Position numbers and translations under genes: made by a program
Notes under the pieces: model-generated
Seen by the model: the letters and a program-made list of their open reading frames with translations, nothing else
Told to the model about the DNA's origin: nothing
Databases searched by the model: none
NCBI GenBank assembly: GCA_963766035.1
Contig: CAVXYP010000014.1
Coordinates: forward strand, 59,584-123,583
DNA from: an uncultured Actinomycetota bacterium
Lineage (GTDB): Bacteria > Actinomycetota > Actinomycetes > Propionibacteriales > Nocardioidaceae
Reading direction: 5' to 3'
DNA: 64,000 bases
In this document: positions 63,287 through 64,000 of the stretch, in pieces
Numbering within the stretch: the stretch's first letter is position 1
Layout of the letters: every line of letters starts with the position of its first letter

Positions 63287-64000
63287 TTCAAGACGCCTTC
63301 CAGCTCGCTGTCCGGCTCCTGCCGGGACATCGCCTCGACCCAGAACCCGGCCGAGTGGAACGCCCAGTCCAAGACGTTGAACGGGTGCAGCGGGTCGTCC
63401 TGGTCGCGCTGCGTGTAGGAGTCGACGGCGAAGTAGCCGATGGTGCCGAAGTCGCCCTCGATCCTCGACACGAACGCGTCGAGGCCCCGGCTGGAGAGCC
63501 AACGGCGTACGGCGGCGCCGTCGCCCGCGTCGAGGACGTCGTTGCCCATGAGCTCGTGCACGATGTCGGCCTTGGTGACGACGACACCCAGATGCTTGTC
63601 CGAGAGGTCGACGTTCTCCGCCTTCAGCCGCTCCACGACGCTCGAGTAGGCCCGCGTCGGGTCGCCGTCGGCAACCGACACCGAGCCGGCGAGGTCGGAG
63701 GCCGCGTAGAGGGGCGTCACCTTGGGCAGGGCCAACGGGTCGAGCATCAGCAAGATCACGTCGGCGGTGTCGAAGTAGGACAGCGCGCGGGACCGGTCCT
63801 CGTCCGCGAACGCCTCACCGGCGGCGTCCATCAGCTGCACTTCCTTGTCGACCCCGCCCTGGCTCAACCGGAACGGCAGCCCCTCGGGCCGGTCGTCCCA
63901 CGGGGTCTTCGCCACCCGCCGACCGGTCCTGATGGCAGCCTCGGCAGCCTTGAGGAACGCCCGCGCCACCGGCGAGATCGGAGTGAACTCGCCACCGTGG
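63283..64000 (-). CDS. P-loop GTPase-like protein, C-terminal part (5' end beyond the right window edge)
   Basis: The frame stays open to base 64000. DxxG (LMDAAGE) and an NKxD-type TKAD after the beta-strand LGVVV are present. No Walker A lies inside the window, so the tracked GTG at 63969 is unlikely to be the start. Confidence 0.5.
   Translation of the reverse strand, partial: HGGEFTPISPVARAFLKAAEAAIRTGRRVAKTPWDDRPEGLPFRLSQGGVDKEVQLMDAAGEAFADEDRSRALSYFDTADVILLMLDPLALPKVTPLYAASDLAGSVSVADGDPTRAYSSVVERLKAENVDLSDKHLGVVVTKADIVHELMGNDVLDAGDGAAVRRWLSSRGLDAFVSRIEGDFGTIGYFAVDSYTQRDQDDPLHPFNVLDWAFHSAGFWVEAMSRQEPDSELEGVLK

Overview
High-GC (roughly 70% by eye) actinobacterial chromosome segment, densely coding on both strands. 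The right half (about 36.6-63 kb) has the conserved core synteny of Streptomyces/Nocardioides-type genomes: cspA, MBL hydrolase, uvrA, uvrC-rapZ-yvcK-whiA, gap-pgk-tpiA-secG, rbpA, pgl-pgi-tal-tkt, ctaB, ctaA and an ABC pair. The left 36 kb is a cholesterol/steroid catabolic supercluster. It holds fadA5, two tandem cyp125, echA-ltp3-ltp4-DUF35, an F420 LLM oxidoreductase, two fadD, echA, nitronate monooxygenase, fadE26-fadE27, kshA-kshB, a BVMO and a GMC oxidase. Six KstR-type operator palindromes sit in its promoter gaps. An accessory islet interrupts the cluster at 4.9-11.1 kb. It contains an untracked 50-aa membrane microprotein, a DUF222/HNH gene behind a perfect LexA SOS box, a pentapeptide-DinB protein, decayed ORF remnants, an exported 14-repeat RCC1-like protein and a frameshifted FAD monooxygenase. 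I saw no rRNA, tRNA, CRISPR array, transposase or integrase. The candidates most worth a second look are these. (1) The SOS-controlled HNH/RCC1 islet. (2) An exported Rieske / Cys-rich protein / Rieske trio between uvrA and uvrC. (3) A frameshifted large membrane protein plus gene remnant at the head of a BVMO-GMC operon. (4) A small Cys protein translationally wedged between kshA and kshB. (5) A P-loop-GTPase-like gene coupled to a membrane microprotein and cut by the right window edge. None is a demonstrable new system from sequence alone. All function calls rest on motif recognition by eye and on gene context, not on database searches.
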